A stretch of DNA of 64,000 nt from Eledone cirrhosa (lineage: Eukaryota). The notes beneath the pieces were generated by a model. It did not search any database, was not told where the DNA came from, and saw only the letters and a list, made by a program, of their open reading frames with translations. Shown here in pieces: positions 15,300 to 30,800 of this stretch. The translations under genes and the position numbers were made by a program. The first letter of the stretch is position 1, and each line of letters begins with the position of its first letter. The DNA lies in assembly GCA_964016885.1 (NCBI GenBank), contig OZ024740.1, forward strand, positions 25,730,001 to 25,794,000, written 5' to 3'.

Positions 15300-18200
15300 G
15301 TTGTAGATACTTCTATTGTAGTTGTAGTTACTTCTATTGTAGATGTAGATACTTCTATTGTAGTTGTTGTTACTTCTATTGTAGTTGTACTTACTTCTAT
15401 TGTAGTTGTAGTTACTTCTATTGTAGTTGTAGTTACTTCTATTGTAGTTGTAGATACTTCCATTGTAGTTGTATATACTTGTTTTGTAGTTGTAGTTACT
15501 TCTATTGTAGTTGTAGTTACTTCTATTGTAGTTGTAGTTACTTCTATTGTAGTTGTAGTTACTTCTCTTGTAGTTGTAGTTACTTCTATTGTACTTGTAG
15601 TTATTTCTATTGTAGTTGTAGTTATTTCTATTGTAGTTGTAGTTACTTCTATTGTAGTTGTAGTTACTTCTATTGTAGTTGTAGTTACTTCTATTGTAGT
15701 TGTAGTTACTTCTATTGTAGTTGTAGTTACTTTATTGCAGTTGTAGTTACTTCTCTTGTAGTTGTAGTTACTTCTATTGTAGTTGTAGTTATTACTATTG
15801 TAGTTGTAGTTACTTCTATTGTAGTTGTATTTACTTCTAGTGTAGTTGTAGTTACTTCTATTGTAGTTGTAGTTACTACTATTGTAGTTGTAGTTACTTC
15901 TATTGTAGTTGTAGTTACTTCTATTGTAGTTGTAGTTACTACTATTGTAGTTGTAGTTACTTCTATTGTAGTTATAGATACTTCTATTATAGTTGTAGTT
16001 ACTTCTATTGTAGTTGTAGTTACTTCTATTGTAGTTGTAGTTACTTCTATTGTAGTTGTAGTTACTTCTATTGTAGTTATAGATACTTCTATTATAGTTG
16101 TAGTTACTTCTATTGTAGTTGTAGTTACTTCTATTGTAGTTGTAGTTACTTCTATTGTAGTTGTAGATACTTCTATTGCAGTTGTAGTTACTTCTATTGT
16201 AGTTGTAGATACTTCTATTGTAGTTGTAGATAATTCTATTGTAGATGTAGATACTTATATTGTAGTTGTAGAAGCTTCTATTGTAGTTGTAGTTACTTCT
16301 ATTGTAGTTGTAGTTACTTCTATTGTAGTTGTAGTTACTTCTATTGTAGTTGTAGTTACTTCTATTGTAATTGTAGTTACTTCTATTGTAGTTGTAGTTA
16401 CTTCTATTGTAGTTGTAGTTACTTCTATTGTAGTTGTAGTTACTTCTATTGTAGTTGTAGTTACTTCTATTGTAGTTGTAGTTACTTCTATTGTAGTTGT
16501 AGTTATTTCTATTGTAGTTGTAGTTACTTCTATTGTAGTTGTATTTACTTCTAGTGTAGTTGTAGTTACTTCTATTGTAGTTTTAGTTACTACTATTGTA
16601 GTTGTAGTTACTTCTATTGTAGTTGTAGTTACTTCTATTGTAGTTGTAGTTACTACTATTGTAGTTGTAGTTACTTCTATTGTAGTTATAGATACTTCTA
16701 TTATAGTTGTAGTTACTTCTATTGTAGTTGTAGTTACTTCTATTGTAGTTGTAGTTACTTCTATTGTAGTTGTAGATACTTCTATTGCAGTTGTAGTTAC
16801 TTCTATTGTAGTTGTAGATACTTCTATTGTAGTTGTAGATACTTCTATTGTAGTTGTAGTTACTTCTATTGTAGTTGTAGTTACTTCTATTGTAGTTGTA
16901 GTTACTTCTATTGTAGTTGTAGATACATCTATTGTAGTTGTAGTTACTTCTATTGTAGATGTAGATACTTCTATTGTAGTTGTAGTTACTTCTATTGTAG
17001 TTGTAGTTACTTCTATTGTAGTTGTAGATACTTCTATTGTAGTTGTAGTTACTTCTATTGTAGTTGTAGATACTTCTATTGTAGTTGTAGTTACTTCTAT
17101 TGTAGATGTAGATACTTCTATTGTAGTTGTAGTTACTTCTATTGTAGTTGTAGTTACTACTATTGTAGTTGTAGTTACTTCTATTGTATTTGTAGTTACT
17201 ACTATTGTAGTTGTAGTTACTTCTATCGTAGTTGTTCTTACTTCTATTGTAGTTGTAGTTACTTCTATTGTAGTTGTAGTTACTTCTATTGTAGTTGTAG
17301 ATACTTCTATTGTAGTTGCAGATACTTCTATTGTAGATGTAGATACTTCTATTGTAGGTGTAGTTACTTCTATTGTAGTTGTAATTACGTCTATTGTAGT
17401 TGTAGTTACTTCTATTGTAGTTGTAGTTACTTTATTGTAGTTGTAGTTACTTCTATTGTAGTTGTAGTTACTTCTATTGTAGTTGTAGATACTTCTATTG
17501 TAGTTGTAGCTACTTCTATTGTAGATGTAGATACTTCTATTGTAGTTGTAGTTACTTCTATTGTAGTTGTAGTTACTTCTATTGTAGTTGTAATTACTTC
17601 TATTGTAGTTGTAGATACTTCTATTGTAGTTGTAGTTACTTCTATTGTAGATGTAGATACTTCTATTGTAGTTGTTGTTACTTCTATTGTAGTTGTACTT
17701 ACTTCTATTGTAGTTGTAGTTACTTCTATTGTAGTTGTAGTTACTTCTATTGTAGTTGTAGATACTTCTATTGTAGTTGTATATACTTGTTTTGTAGTTG
17801 TAGTTACTTCTATTGTAGTTGTAGTTACTTCTATTGTAGTTGTAGTTACTTCTATTGTAGTTGTAGTTAATTCTCTTGTAGTTGTAGTTACTTCTATTGT
17901 ACTTGTAGTTATTTCTATTGTAGTTGTAGTTATTTCTATTGTAGTTGTAGTTACTTCTATTGTAGTTGTAGTTACTTCTATTGTAGTTGTAGTTACTTCT
18001 ATTGTAGTTGTAGTTACTTCTATTGTAGTTGTAGTTACTTTATTGCAGTTGTAGTTACTTCTCTTGTAGTTGTAGTTACTTCTATTGTAGTTGTAGTTAT
18101 TTCTATTGTAGTTGTAGTTACTTCTATTGTAGTTGTATTTACTTCTAGTGTAGTTGTAGTTACTTCTATTGTAGTTGTAGTTACTACTATTGTAGTTGTA

Positions 18201-21200
18201 GTTACTTCTATTGTAGTTGTAGTTACTTCTATTGTAGTTGTAGTTACTACTATTGTAGTTGTAGTTACTTCTATTGTAGTTATAGATACTTCTATTATAG
18301 TTGTAGTTACTTCTATTGTAGTTGTAGTTACTTCTATTGTAGTTGTAGTTACTTCTATTGTAGTTGTAGATACTTCTATTGCAGTTGTAGTTACTTCTAT
18401 TGTAGTTGTAGATACTTCTATTGTAGTTGTAGATACTTCTATTGTAGATGTAGATACTTATATTGTAGTTGTAGAAGCTTCTATTGTAGTTGTAGTTACT
18501 TCTATTGTAGTTGTAGTTACTTCTATTGTAGTTGTAGTTACTTCTATTGTAGTTGTAGTTACTTCTATTGTAGTTGTAGTTACTTCTATTGTAGTTGTAC
18601 TTACTTCTATTGTAGTTGTAGATACTTCTATTGTAGTTGTAGTTACTTCTATTGTAGATGTAGATACTTCTATTGTAGTTGTAGTTACTTCTATTGTAGT
18701 TGTAGTTACTTCTATTGTAGTTGTAGATACTTCTATTGTAGTTGTAGTTACTTCTATTGTAGTTGTAGATACTTCTATTGTAGTTGTAGTTACTTCTATT
18801 GTAGATGTAGATACTTCTATTGTAGTTGTAGTTACTTCTATTGTAGTTGTAGTTACTACTATTGTAGTTGTAGTTACTTCTATTGTATTTGTAGTTACTA
18901 CTATTGTAGTTGTAGTTACTTCTATCGTAGTTGTTCTTACTTCTATTGTAGCTGTAGTTACTTCTATTGTAGTTGTAGTTACTTCTATTGTAGTTGTAGA
19001 TACTTCTATTGTAGTTGCAGATACTTCTATTGTAGATGTAGATACTTCTATTGTAGGTGTAGTTACTTCTATTGTAGTTGTAGTTACTTCTATTGCAGTT
19101 GTAATTACGTCTATTGTAGTTGTAGTTACTTCTATTGTAGTTGTAGTTACTTTATTGTAGTTGTAGTTACTTCTATTGTAGTTGTAGTTACTTCTATTGT
19201 AGTTGTAGATACTTCTATTGTAGTTGTAGTTACTTCTATTGTAGATGTAGATACTTCTATTGTAGTTGTAGTTACTTCTATTGTAGTTGTAGTTACTTCT
19301 ATTGTAGTTGTAGTTACTTCTATTGTAGTTGTAATTACTTCTATTGTAGTTGTAGATACTTCTATTGTAGTTGTAGTTACTTCTATTGTAGATGTAGATA
19401 CTTCTATTGCAGTTGTTGTTACTTCTATTGTAGTTGTACTTACTTCTATTGTAGTTGTAGTTACTTCTATTGTAGTTGTAGTTACTTCTATTGTAGTTGT
19501 AGATACTTCTATTGTAGTTGTATATACTTGTTTTGTAGTTGTAGTTACTTCTATTGTAGTTGTAGTTACTTCTATTGTAGTTGTAGTTACTTCTATTGTA
19601 GTTGTAGTTACTTCTATTGTAGTTGTAGTTATTTCTATTGTAGTTGTAGATACTCCTATTGTAGTTGTAGTTACTTCTATTGTAGTTGCAGTTACTTCTA
19701 GTGTAGTTGTAGTTACTTCTATTGTAGTTGTAGTTACTACTATTGTAGTTGTAGTTACTTCTATTGTAGTTGTAGTTTGTTCTATCGTAGATGTAGTTAC
19801 TTCTATCGTAGGTGTAGTTACTTCTATTGTAGTTGTAGTTACTTCTATTGTAGTTATAGATACTTCTATTATAGTTGTAGTTACTTCTATTGTAGTTGTA
19901 GTTACTTCTATTGTAGTTGTAGTTACTTCTATTGTAGTTGTAGATACTTCTATTGCAGTTGTAGTTACTTCTATTGTAGTTGTAGATACTTCTATTGTAG
20001 TTGTAGATACTTCTATTGTAGTTGTAGTTACTTCTATTGTAGTTGTAGTTACTTCTATTGTAGTTGTAGTTACTTCTATTGTAGTTGTAGATACATCTAT
20101 TGTAGTTGTAGTTACTTCTATTGTAGATGTAGATACTTCTATTGTAGTTGTAGTTACTTCTATTGTAGTTGTAGTTACTTCTATTGTAGTTGTAGATACT
20201 TCTATTGTAGTTGTAGTTACTTCTATTGTAGTTGTAGATACTTCTATTGTAGTTGTAGTTACTTCTATTGTAGATGTAGATACTTCTATTGTAGTTGTAG
20301 TTACTTCTATTGTAGTTGTAGTTACTACTATTGTAGTTGTAGTTACTTCTATTGTATTTGTAGTTACTACTATTGTAGTTGTAGTTACTTCTATCGTAGT
20401 TGTTCTTACTTCTATTGTAGTTGTAGTTACTTCTATTGTAGTTGTAGTTACTTCTATTGTAGTTGTAGATACTTCTATTGTAGTTGCAGATACTTCTATT
20501 GTAGATGTAGATACTTCTATTGTAGGTGTAGTTACTTCTATTGTAGTTGTAGTTACTTCTATTGCAGTTGTAATTACGTCTATTGTAGTTGTAGTTACTT
20601 CTATTGTAGTTGTAGTTACTTTATTGTAGTTGTAGTTACTTCTATTGTAGTTGTAGTTACTTCTATTGTAGTTGTAGATACTTCTATTGTAGTTGTAGTT
20701 ACTTCTATTGTAGATGTAGATACTTCTATTGTAGTTGTAGTTACTTCTATTGTAGTTGTAGTTACTTCTATTGTAGTTGTAGTTACTTCTATTGTAGTTG
20801 TAATTACTTCTATTGTAGTTGTAGATACTTCTATTGTAGTTGTAGTTACTTCTATTGTAGATGTAGATACTTCTATTGCAGTTGTTGTTACTTCTATTGT
20901 AGTTGTACTTACTTCTATTGTAGTTGTAGTTACTTCTATTGTAGTTGTAGTTACTTCTATTGTAGTTGTAGATACTTCTATTGTAGTTGTATATACTTGT
21001 TTTGTAGTTGTAGTTACTTCTATTGTAGTTGTAGTTACTTCTATTGTAGTTGTAGTTACTTCTATTGTAGTTGTAGTTACTTCTATTGTAGTTGTAGTTA
21101 TTTCTATTGTAGTTGTAGATACTCCTATTGTAGTTGTAGTTACTTCTATTGTAGTTGCAGTTACTTCTAGTGTAGTTGTAGTTACTTCTATTGTAGTTGT

Positions 21201-24200
21201 AGTTACTACTATTGTAGTTGTAGTTACTTCTATTGTAGTTGTAGTTTGTTCTATCGTAGATGTAGTTACTTCTATCGTAGATGTAGTTACTTCTATTGTA
21301 GTTGTAGTTACTTCTATTGTAGTTATAGATACTTCTATTATAGTTGTAGTTACTTCTATTGTAGTTGTAGTTACTTCTATTGTAGTTGTAGTTACTTCTA
21401 TTGTAGTTGTAGATACTTCTATTGCAGTTGTAGTTACTTCTATTGTAGTTGTAGATACTTCTATTGTAGTTGTAGATACTTCTATTGTAGTTGTAGTTAC
21501 TTCTATTGTAGTTGTAGTTACTTCTATTGTAGTTGTAGTTACTTCTATTGTAGTTGTAGATACATCTATTGTAGTTGTAGTTACTTCTATTGTAGATGTA
21601 GATACTTCTATTGTAGTTGTAGTTACTTCTATTGTAGTTGTAGTTACTTCTATTGTAGTTGTAGATACTTCTATTGTAGTTGTAGTTACTTCTATTGTAG
21701 TTGTAGATACTTCTATTGTAGTTGTATATACTTGTTTTGTAGTTGTAGTTACTTCTATTGTAGTTGTAGTTACTTCTATTGTAGTTGTAGTTACTTCTAT
21801 TGTAGTTGTAGTTACTTCTCTTGTAGTTGTAGTTACTTCTATTGTACTTGTAGTTATTTCTATTGTAGTTGTAGTTATTTCTATTGTAGTTGTAGTTACT
21901 TCTATTGTAGTTGTAGTTACTTCTATTGTAGTTGTAGTTACTTCTATTGTAGTTGTAGTTACTTCTATTGTAGTTGTAGTTACTTTATTGCAGTTGTAGT
22001 TACTTCTCTTGTAGTTGTAGTTACTTCTATTGTAGTTGTAGTTATTTCTATTGTAGTTGTAGTTACTTCTATTGTAGTTGTATTTACTTCTAGTGTAGTT
22101 GTAGTTACTTCTATTGTAGTTGTAGTTACTACTATTGTAGTTGTAGTTACTTCTATTGTAGTTGTAGTTACTTCTATTGTAGTTGTAGTTACTACTATTG
22201 TAGTTGTAGTTACTTCTATTGTAGTTATAGATACTTCTATTATAGTTGTAGTTACTTCTATTGTAGTTGTAGTTACTTCTATTGTAGTTGTAGTTACTTC
22301 TATTGTAGTTGTAGTTACTTCTATTGTAGTTATAGATACTTCTATTATAGTTGTAGTTACTTCTATTGTAGATGTAGATACTTCTATTGTAGTTGTAGTT
22401 ACTTCTATTGTAGTTGTAGTTACTTCTATTGTAGTTGTAGATACTTCTATTGTAGTTGTAGTTACTTCTATTGTAGTTGTAGATACTTCTATTGTAGTTG
22501 TAGTTACTTCTATTGTAGATGTAGATACTTCTATTGTAGTTGTAATTACTTCTATTGTAGTTGTAGATACTTCTATTGTAGTTGTAGTTACTTCTATTGT
22601 AGATGTAGATACTTCTATTGTAGTTGTTGTTACTTCTATTGTAGTTGTACTTACTTCTATTGTAGTTGTAGTTACTTCTATTGTAGTTGTAGTTACTTCT
22701 ATTGTAGTTGTAGATACTTCTATTGTAGTTGTATATACTTGTTTTGTAGTTGTAGTTACTTCTATTGTAGTTGTAGTTACTTCTATTGTAGTTGTAGTTA
22801 CTTCTATTGTAGTTGTAGTTACTTCTCTTGTAGTTGTAGTTACTTCTATTGTACTTGTAGTTATTTCTATTGTAGTTGTAGTTATTTCTATTGTAGTTGT
22901 AGTTACTTCTATTGTAGTTGTAGTTACTTCTATTGTAGTTGTAGTTACTTCTATTGTAGTTGTAGTTACTTCTATTGTAGTTGTAGTTACTTTATTGCAG
23001 TTGTAGTTACTTCTCTTGTAGTTGTAGTTACTTCTATTGTAGTTGTAGTTATTTCTATTGTAGTTGTAGTTACTTCTATTGTAGTTGTATTTACTTCTAG
23101 TGTAGTTGTAGTTACTTCTATTGTAGTTGTAGTTACTACTATTGTAGTTGTAGTTACTTCTATTGTAGTTGTAGTTACTTCTATTGTAGTTGTAGTTACT
23201 ACTATTGTAGTTGTAGTTACTTCTATTGTAGTTATAGATACTTCTATTATAGTTGTAGTTACTTCTATTGTAGTTGTAGTTACTTCTATTGTAGTTGTAG
23301 TTACTTCTATTGTAGTTGTAGTTACTTCTATTGTAGTTATAGATACTTCTATTATAGTTGTAGTTACTTCTATTGTAGTTGTAGTTACTTCTATTGTAGT
23401 TGTAGTTACTTCTATTGTAGTTGTAGATACTTCTATTGCAGTTGTAGTTACTTCTATTGTAGTTGTAGATACTTCTATTGTAGTTGTAGATACTTCTATT
23501 GTAGATGTAGATACTTATATTGTAGTTGTAGAAGCTTCTATTGTAGTTGTAGTTACTTCTATTGTAGTTGTAGTTACTTCTATTGTAGTTGTAGTTACTT
23601 CTATTGTAGTTGTAGTTACTTCTATTGTAGTTGTAGTTACTTCTATTGTAGTTGTAGTTACTTCTATTGTAGTTGTAGTTACTTCTATTGTAGTTGTAGT
23701 TACTTCTATTGTAGTTGTAGTTACTTCTATTGTAGTTGTAGTTACTTCTATTGTAGTTGTAGTTATTTCTATTGTAGTTGTAGTTACTTCTATTGTAGTT
23801 GTATTTACTTCTAGTGTAGTTGTAGTTACTTCTATTGTAGTTTTAGTTACTACTATTGTAGTTGTAGTTACTTCTATTGTAGTTGTAGTTACTTCTATTG
23901 TAGTTGTAGTTACTACTATTGTAGTTGTAGTTACTTCTATTGTAGTTATAGATACTTCTATTATAGTTGTAGTTACTTCTATTGTAGTTGTAGTTACTTC
24001 TATTGTAGTTGTAGTTACTTCTATTGTAGTTGTAGATACTTCTATTGCAGTTGTAGTTACTTCTATTGTAGTTGTAGATACTTCTATTGTAGTTGTAGAT
24101 ACTTCTATTGTAGTTGTAGTTACTTCTATTGTAGTTGTAGTTACTTCTATTGTAGTTGTAGTTACTTCTATTGTAGTTGTAGATACATCTATTGTAGTTG

Positions 24201-27200
24201 TAGTTACTTCTATTGTAGATGTAGATACTTCTATTGTAGTTGTAGTTACTTCTATTGTAGTTGTAGTTACTTCTATTGTAGTTGTAGATACTTCTATTGT
24301 AGTTGTAGTTACTTCTATTGTAGTTGTAGATACTTCTATTGTAGTTGTAGTTACTTCTATTGTAGATGTAGATACTTCTATTGTAGTTGTAGTTACTTCT
24401 ATTGTAGTTGTAGTTACTACTATTGTAGTTGTAGTTACTTCTATTGTATTTGTAGTTACTACTATTGTAGTTGTAGTTACTTCTATCGTAGTTGTTCTTA
24501 CTTCTATTGTAGTTGTAGTTACTTCTATTGTAGTTGTAGTTACTTCTATTGTAGTTGTAGATACTTATATTGTAGTTGCAGATACTTCTATTGTAGATGT
24601 AGATACTTCTATTGTAGGTGTAGTTACTTCTATTGTAGTTGTAATTACGTCTATTGTAGTTGTAGTTACTTCTATTGTAGTTGTAGTTACTTTATTGTAG
24701 TTGTAGTTACTTCTATTGTAGTTGTAGTTACTTCTATTGTAGTTGTAGATACTTCTATTGTAGTTGTAGCTACTTCTATTGTAGTTGTAGATACTTCTAT
24801 TGTAGTTGTAGTTACTTCTATTGTAGATGTAGATACTTCTATTGTAGTTGTTGTTACTTCTATTGTAGTTGTACTTACTTCTATTGTAGTTGTAGTTACT
24901 TCTATTGTAGTTGTAGTTACTTCTATTGTAGTTGTAGATACTTCTATTGTAGTTGTATATACTTGTTTTGTAGTTGTAGTTACTTCTATTGTAGTTGTAG
25001 TTACTTCTATTGTAGTTGTAGTTACTTCTATTGTACTTGTAGTTATTTCTATTGTAGTTGTAGTTATTTCTATTGTAGTTGTAGTTACTTCTATTGTAGT
25101 TGTAGTTACTTCTATTGTAGTTGTAGTTACTTCTATTGTAGTTGTAGTTACTTCTATTGTAGTTGTAGTTACTTTATTGCAGTTGTAGTTACTTCTCTTG
25201 TAGTTGTAGTTACTTCTATTGTAGTTGTAGTTATTTCTATTGTAGTTGTAGTTACTTCTATTGTAGTTGTATTTACTTCTAGTGTAGTTGTAGTTACTTC
25301 TATTGTAGTTGTAGTTACTACTATTGTAGTTGTAGTTACTTCTATTGTAGTTGTAGTTACTTCTATTGTAGTTGTAGTTACTACTATTGTAGTTGTAGTT
25401 ACTTCTATTGTAGTTATAGATACTTCTATTATAGTTGTAGTTACTTCTATTGTAGTTGTAGTTACTTCTATTGTAGTTGTAGTTACTTCTATTGTAGTTG
25501 TAGATACTTCTATTGCAGTTGTAGTTACTTCTATTGTAGTTGTAGATACTTCTATTGTAGTTGTAGATACTTCTATTGTAGATGTAGATACTTATATTGT
25601 AGTTGTAGAAGCTTCTATTGTAGTTGTAGTTACTTCTATTGTAGTTGTAGTTACTTCTATTGTAGTTGTAGTTACTTCTATTGTAGTTGTAGTTACTTCT
25701 ATTGTAGTTGTAGTTACTTCTATTGTAGTTGTACTTACTTCTATTGTAGTTGTAGATACTTCTATTGTAGTTGTAGTTACTTCTATTGTAGATGTAGATA
25801 CTTCTATTGTAGTTGTAGTTACTTCTATTGTAGTTGTAGTTACTTCTATTGTAGTTGTAGATACTTCTATTGTAGTTGTAGTTACTTCTATTGTAGTTGT
25901 AGATACTTCTATTGTAGTTGTAGTTACTTCTATTGTAGATGTAGATACTTCTATTGTAGTTGTAGTTACTTCTATTGTAGTTGTAGTTACTACTATTGTA
26001 GTTGTAGTTACTTCTATTGTATTTGTAGTTACTACTATTGTAGTTGTAGTTACTTCTATCGTAGTTGTTCTTACTTCTATTGTAGCTGTAGTTACTTCTA
26101 TTGTAGTTGTAGTTACTTCTATTGTAGTTGTAGATACTTCTATTGTAGTTGCAGATACTTCTATTGTAGATGTAGATACTTCTATTGTAGGTGTAGTTAC
26201 TTCTATTGTAGTTGTAGTTACTTCTATTGCAGTTGTAATTACGTCTATTGTAGTTGTAGTTACTTCTATTGTAGTTGTAGTTACTTTATTGTAGTTGTAG
26301 TTACTTCTATTGTAGTTGTAGTTACTTCTATTGTAGTTGTAGATACTTCTATTGTAGTTGTAGTTACTTCTATTGTAGATGTAGATACTTCTATTGTAGT
26401 TGTAGTTACTTCTATTGTAGTTGTAGTTACTTCTATTGTAGTTGTAGTTACTTCTATTGTAGTTGTAATTACTTCTATTGTAGTTGTAGATACTTCTATT
26501 GTAGTTGTAGTTACTTCTATTGTAGATGTAGATACTTCTATTGCAGTTGTTGTTACTTCTATTGTAGTTGTACTTACTTCTATTGTAGTTGTAGTTACTT
26601 CTATTGTAGTTGTAGTTACTTCTATTGTAGTTGTAGATACTTCTATTGTAGTTGTATATACTTGTTTTGTAGTTGTAGTTACTTCTATTGTAGTTGTAGT
26701 TACTTCTATTGTAGTTGTAGTTACTTCTATTGTAGTTGTAGTTACTTCTATTGTAGTTGTAGTTATTTCTATTGTAGTTGTAGATACTCCTATTGTAGTT
26801 GTAGTTACTTCTATTGTAGTTGCAGTTACTTCTAGTGTAGTTGTAGTTACTTCTATTGTAGTTGTAGTTACTACTATTGTAGTTGTAGTTACTTCTATTG
26901 TAGTTGTAGTTTGTTCTATCGTAGATGTAGTTACTTCTATCGTAGGTGTAGTTACTTCTATTGTAGTTGTAGTTACTTCTATTGTAGTTATAGATACTTC
27001 TATTATAGTTGTAGTTACTTCTATTGTAGTTGTAGTTACTTCTATTGTAGTTGTAGTTACTTCTATTGTAGTTGTAGATACTTCTATTGCAGTTGTAGTT
27101 ACTTCTATTGTAGTTGTAGATACTTCTATTGTAGTTGTAGATACTTCTATTGTAGTTGTAGTTACTTCTATTGTAGTTGTAGTTACTTCTATTGTAGTTG

Positions 27201-27800
27201 TAGTTACTTCTATTGTAGTTGTAGATACATCTATTGTAGTTGTAGTTACTTCTATTGTAGATGTAGATACTTCTATTGTAGTTGTAGTTACTTCTATTGT
27301 AGTTGTAGTTACTTCTATTGTAGTTGTAGATACTTCTATTGTAGTTGTAGTTACTTCTATTGTAGTTGTAGATACTTCTATTGTAGTTGTAGTTACTTCT
27401 ATTGTAGATGTAGATACTTCTATTGTAGTTGTAGTTACTTCTATTGTAGTTGTAGTTACTACTATTGTAGTTGTAGTTACTTCTATTGTATTTGTAGTTA
27501 CTACTATTGTAGTTGTAGTTACTTCTATCGTAGTTGTTCTTACTTCTATTGTAGTTGTAGTTACTTCTATTGTAGTTGTAGTTACTTCTATTGTAGTTGT
27601 AGATACTTCTATTGTAGTTGCAGATACTTCTATTGTAGATGTAGATACTTCTATTGTAGGTGTAGTTACTTCTATTGTAGTTGTAGTTACTTCTATTGTA
27701 GTTGTAATTACGTCTATTGTAGTTGTAGTTACTTCTATTGTAGTTGTAGTTACTTTATTGTAGTTGTAGTTACTTCTATTGTAGTTGTAGTTACTTCTAT
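15300..27800. repeat. Higher-order duplication with about 7.1-7.3-kb period (offset 7,260, then 7,134)
   Basis: 20-bp marker pairs 15729/22989 and 17429/24689 (7,260), then 18037/25171, 19149/26283 and 20618/27752 (7,134; six monomers fewer). Matching 653-aa ORFs at 15479 and 22739. Confidence 0.85.
19000..21720. repeat. Local tandem duplication, 1,469-bp unit (70 monomers minus 1 bp)
   Basis: 20-bp monomers at 19149/20618 and TTGTTCTATCG variants at 19777/21246 are both offset by 1,469. Confidence 0.88.
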
Positions 27801-30800
27801 TGTAGTTGTAGATACTTCTATTGTAGTTGTAGCTACTTCTATTGTAGATGTAGATACTTCTATTGTAGTTGTAGTTACTTCTATTGTAGTTGTAGTTACT
27901 TCTATTGTAGTTGTAATTACTTCTATTGTAGTTGTAGATACTTCTATTGTAGTTGTAGTTACTTCTATTGTAGATGTAGATACTTCTATTGTAGTTGTTG
28001 TTACTTCTATTGTAGTTGTACTTACTTCTATTGTAGTTGTAGTTACTTCTATTGTAGTTGTAGTTACTTCTATTGTAGTTGTAGTTACTTCTATTGTAGT
28101 TGTAGTTACTTCTATTGTAGTTGTAGTTACTTCTATTGTAGTTGTAGTTACTTCTATTGTAGTTGTAGTTACTTCTATTGTAGTTGTAGTTACTTCTATT
28201 GTAGTTGTAGTTACTTCTATTGTAGTTGTAGTTACTTCTATTGTAGTTGTAGTTATTTCTATTGTAGTTGTAGTTACTTCTATTGTAGTTGTATTTACTT
28301 CTAGTGTAGTTGTAGTTACTTCTATTGTAGTTTTAGTTACTACTATTGTAGTTGTAGTTACTTCTATTGTAGTTGTAGTTACTTCTATTGTAGTTGTAGT
28401 TACTACTATTGTAGTTGTAGTTACTTCTATTGTAGTTATAGATACTTCTATTATAGTTGTAGTTACTTCTATTGTAGTTGTAGTTACTTCTATTGTAGTT
28501 GTAGTTACTTCTATTGTAGTTGTAGATACTTCTATTGCAGTTGTAGTTACTTCTATTGTAGTTGTAGATACTTCTATTGTAGTTGTAGATACTTCTATTG
28601 TAGTTGTAGTTACTTCTATTGTAGTTGTAGTTACTTCTATTGTAGTTGTAGTTACTTCTATTGTAGTTGTAGATACATCTATTGTAGTTGTAGTTACTTC
28701 TATTGTAGATGTAGATACTTCTATTGTAGTTGTAGTTACTTCTATTGTAGTTGTAGTTACTTCTATTGTAGTTGTAGATACTTCTATTGTAGTTGTAGTT
28801 ACTTCTATTGTAGTTGTAGATACTTCTATTGTAGTTGTAGTTACTTCTATTGTAGATGTAGATACTTCTATTGTAGTTGTAGTTACTTCTATTGTAGTTG
28901 TAGTTACTACTATTGTAGTTGTAGTTACTTCTATTGTATTTGTAGTTACTACTATTGTAGTTGTAGTTACTTCTATCGTAGTTGTTCTTACTTCTATTGT
29001 AGTTGTAGTTACTTCTATTGTAGTTGTAGTTACTTCTATTGTAGTTGTAGATACTTATATTGTAGTTGCAGATACTTCTATTGTAGATGTAGATACTTCT
29101 ATTGTAGGTGTAGTTACTTCTATTGTAGTTGTAATTACGTCTATTGTAGTTGTAGTTACTTCTATTGTAGTTGTAGTTACTTTATTGTAGTTGTAGTTAC
29201 TTCTATTGTAGTTGTAGTTACTTCTATTGTAGTTGTAGATACTTCTATTGTAGTTGTAGCTACTTCTATTGTAGATGTAGATACTTCTATTGTAGTTGTA
29301 GTTACTTCTATTGTAGTTGTAGTTACTTCTATTGTAGTTGTAATTACTTCTATTGTAGTTGTAGATACTTCTATTGTAGTTGTAGTTACTTCTATTGTAG
29401 ATGTAGATACTTCTATTGTAGTTGTTGTTACTTCTATTGTAGTTGTACTTACTTCTATTGTAGTTGTAGTTACTTCTATTGTAGTTGTAGTTACTTCTAT
29501 TGTAGTTGTAGATACTTCTATTGTAGTTGCAGATACTTCTATTGTAGATGTAGATACTTCTATTGTAGGTGTAGTTACTTCTATTGTAGTTGTAGTTACT
29601 TCTATTGCAGTTGTAATTACGTCTATTGTAGTTGTAGTTACTTCTATTGTAGTTGTAGTTACTTTATTGTAGTTGTAGTTACTTCTATTGTAGTTGTAGT
29701 TACTTCTATTGTAGTTGTAGATACTTCTATTGTAGTTGTAGTTACTTCTATTGTAGATGTAGATACTTCTATTGTAGTTGTAGTTACTTCTATTGTAGTT
29801 GTAGTTACTTCTATTGTAGTTGTAGTTACTTCTATTGTAGTTGTAATTACTTCTATTGTAGTTGTAGATACTTCTATTGTAGTTGTAGTTACTTCTATTG
29901 TAGATGTAGATACTTCTATTGCAGTTGTTGTTACTTCTATTGTAGTTGTACTTACTTCTATTGTAGTTGTAGTTACTTCTATTGTAGTTGTAGTTACTTC
30001 TATTGTAGTTGTAGATACTTCTATTGTAGTTGTATATACTTGTTTTGTAGTTGTAGTTACTTCTATTGTAGTTGTAGTTACTTCTATTGTAGTTGTAGTT
30101 ACTTCTATTGTAGTTGTAGTTACTTCTATTGTAGTTGTAGTTATTTCTATTGTAGTTGTAGATACTCCTATTGTAGTTGTAGTTACTTCTATTGTAGTTG
30201 CAGTTACTTCTAGTGTAGTTGTAGTTACTTCTATTGTAGTTGTAGTTACTACTATTGTAGTTGTAGTTACTTCTATTGTAGTTGTAGTTTGTTCTATCGT
30301 AGATGTAGTTACTTCTATCGTAGGTGTAGTTACTTCTATTGTAGTTGTAGTTACTTCTATTGTAGTTATAGATACTTCTATTATAGTTGTAGTTACTTCT
30401 ATTGTAGTTGTAGTTACTTCTATTGTAGTTGTAGTTACTTCTATTGTAGTTGTAGATACTTCTATTGCAGTTGTAGTTACTTCTATTGTAGTTGTAGATA
30501 CTTCTATTGTAGTTGTAGATACTTCTATTGTAGTTGTAGTTACTTCTATTGTAGTTGTAGTTACTTCTATTGTAGTTGTAGTTACTTCTATTGTAGTTGT
30601 AGATACATCTATTGTAGTTGTAGTTACTTCTATTGTAGATGTAGATACTTCTATTGTAGTTGTAGTTACTTCTATTGTAGTTGTAGTTACTTCTATTGTA
30701 GTTGTAGATACTTCTATTGTAGTTGTAGTTACTTCTATTGTAGTTGTAGATACTTCTATTGTAGTTGTAGTTACTTCTATTGTAGATGTAGATACTTCTA

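Noticed and set aside
15119-15463. 114-aa minus-strand ORF MEVSTTTIEVTTTT...
   Set aside because: The ATG arises from a single private T>C variant at 15461 that is absent from homologous copies, and the ORF ends at a frameshifting 20-bp monomer.
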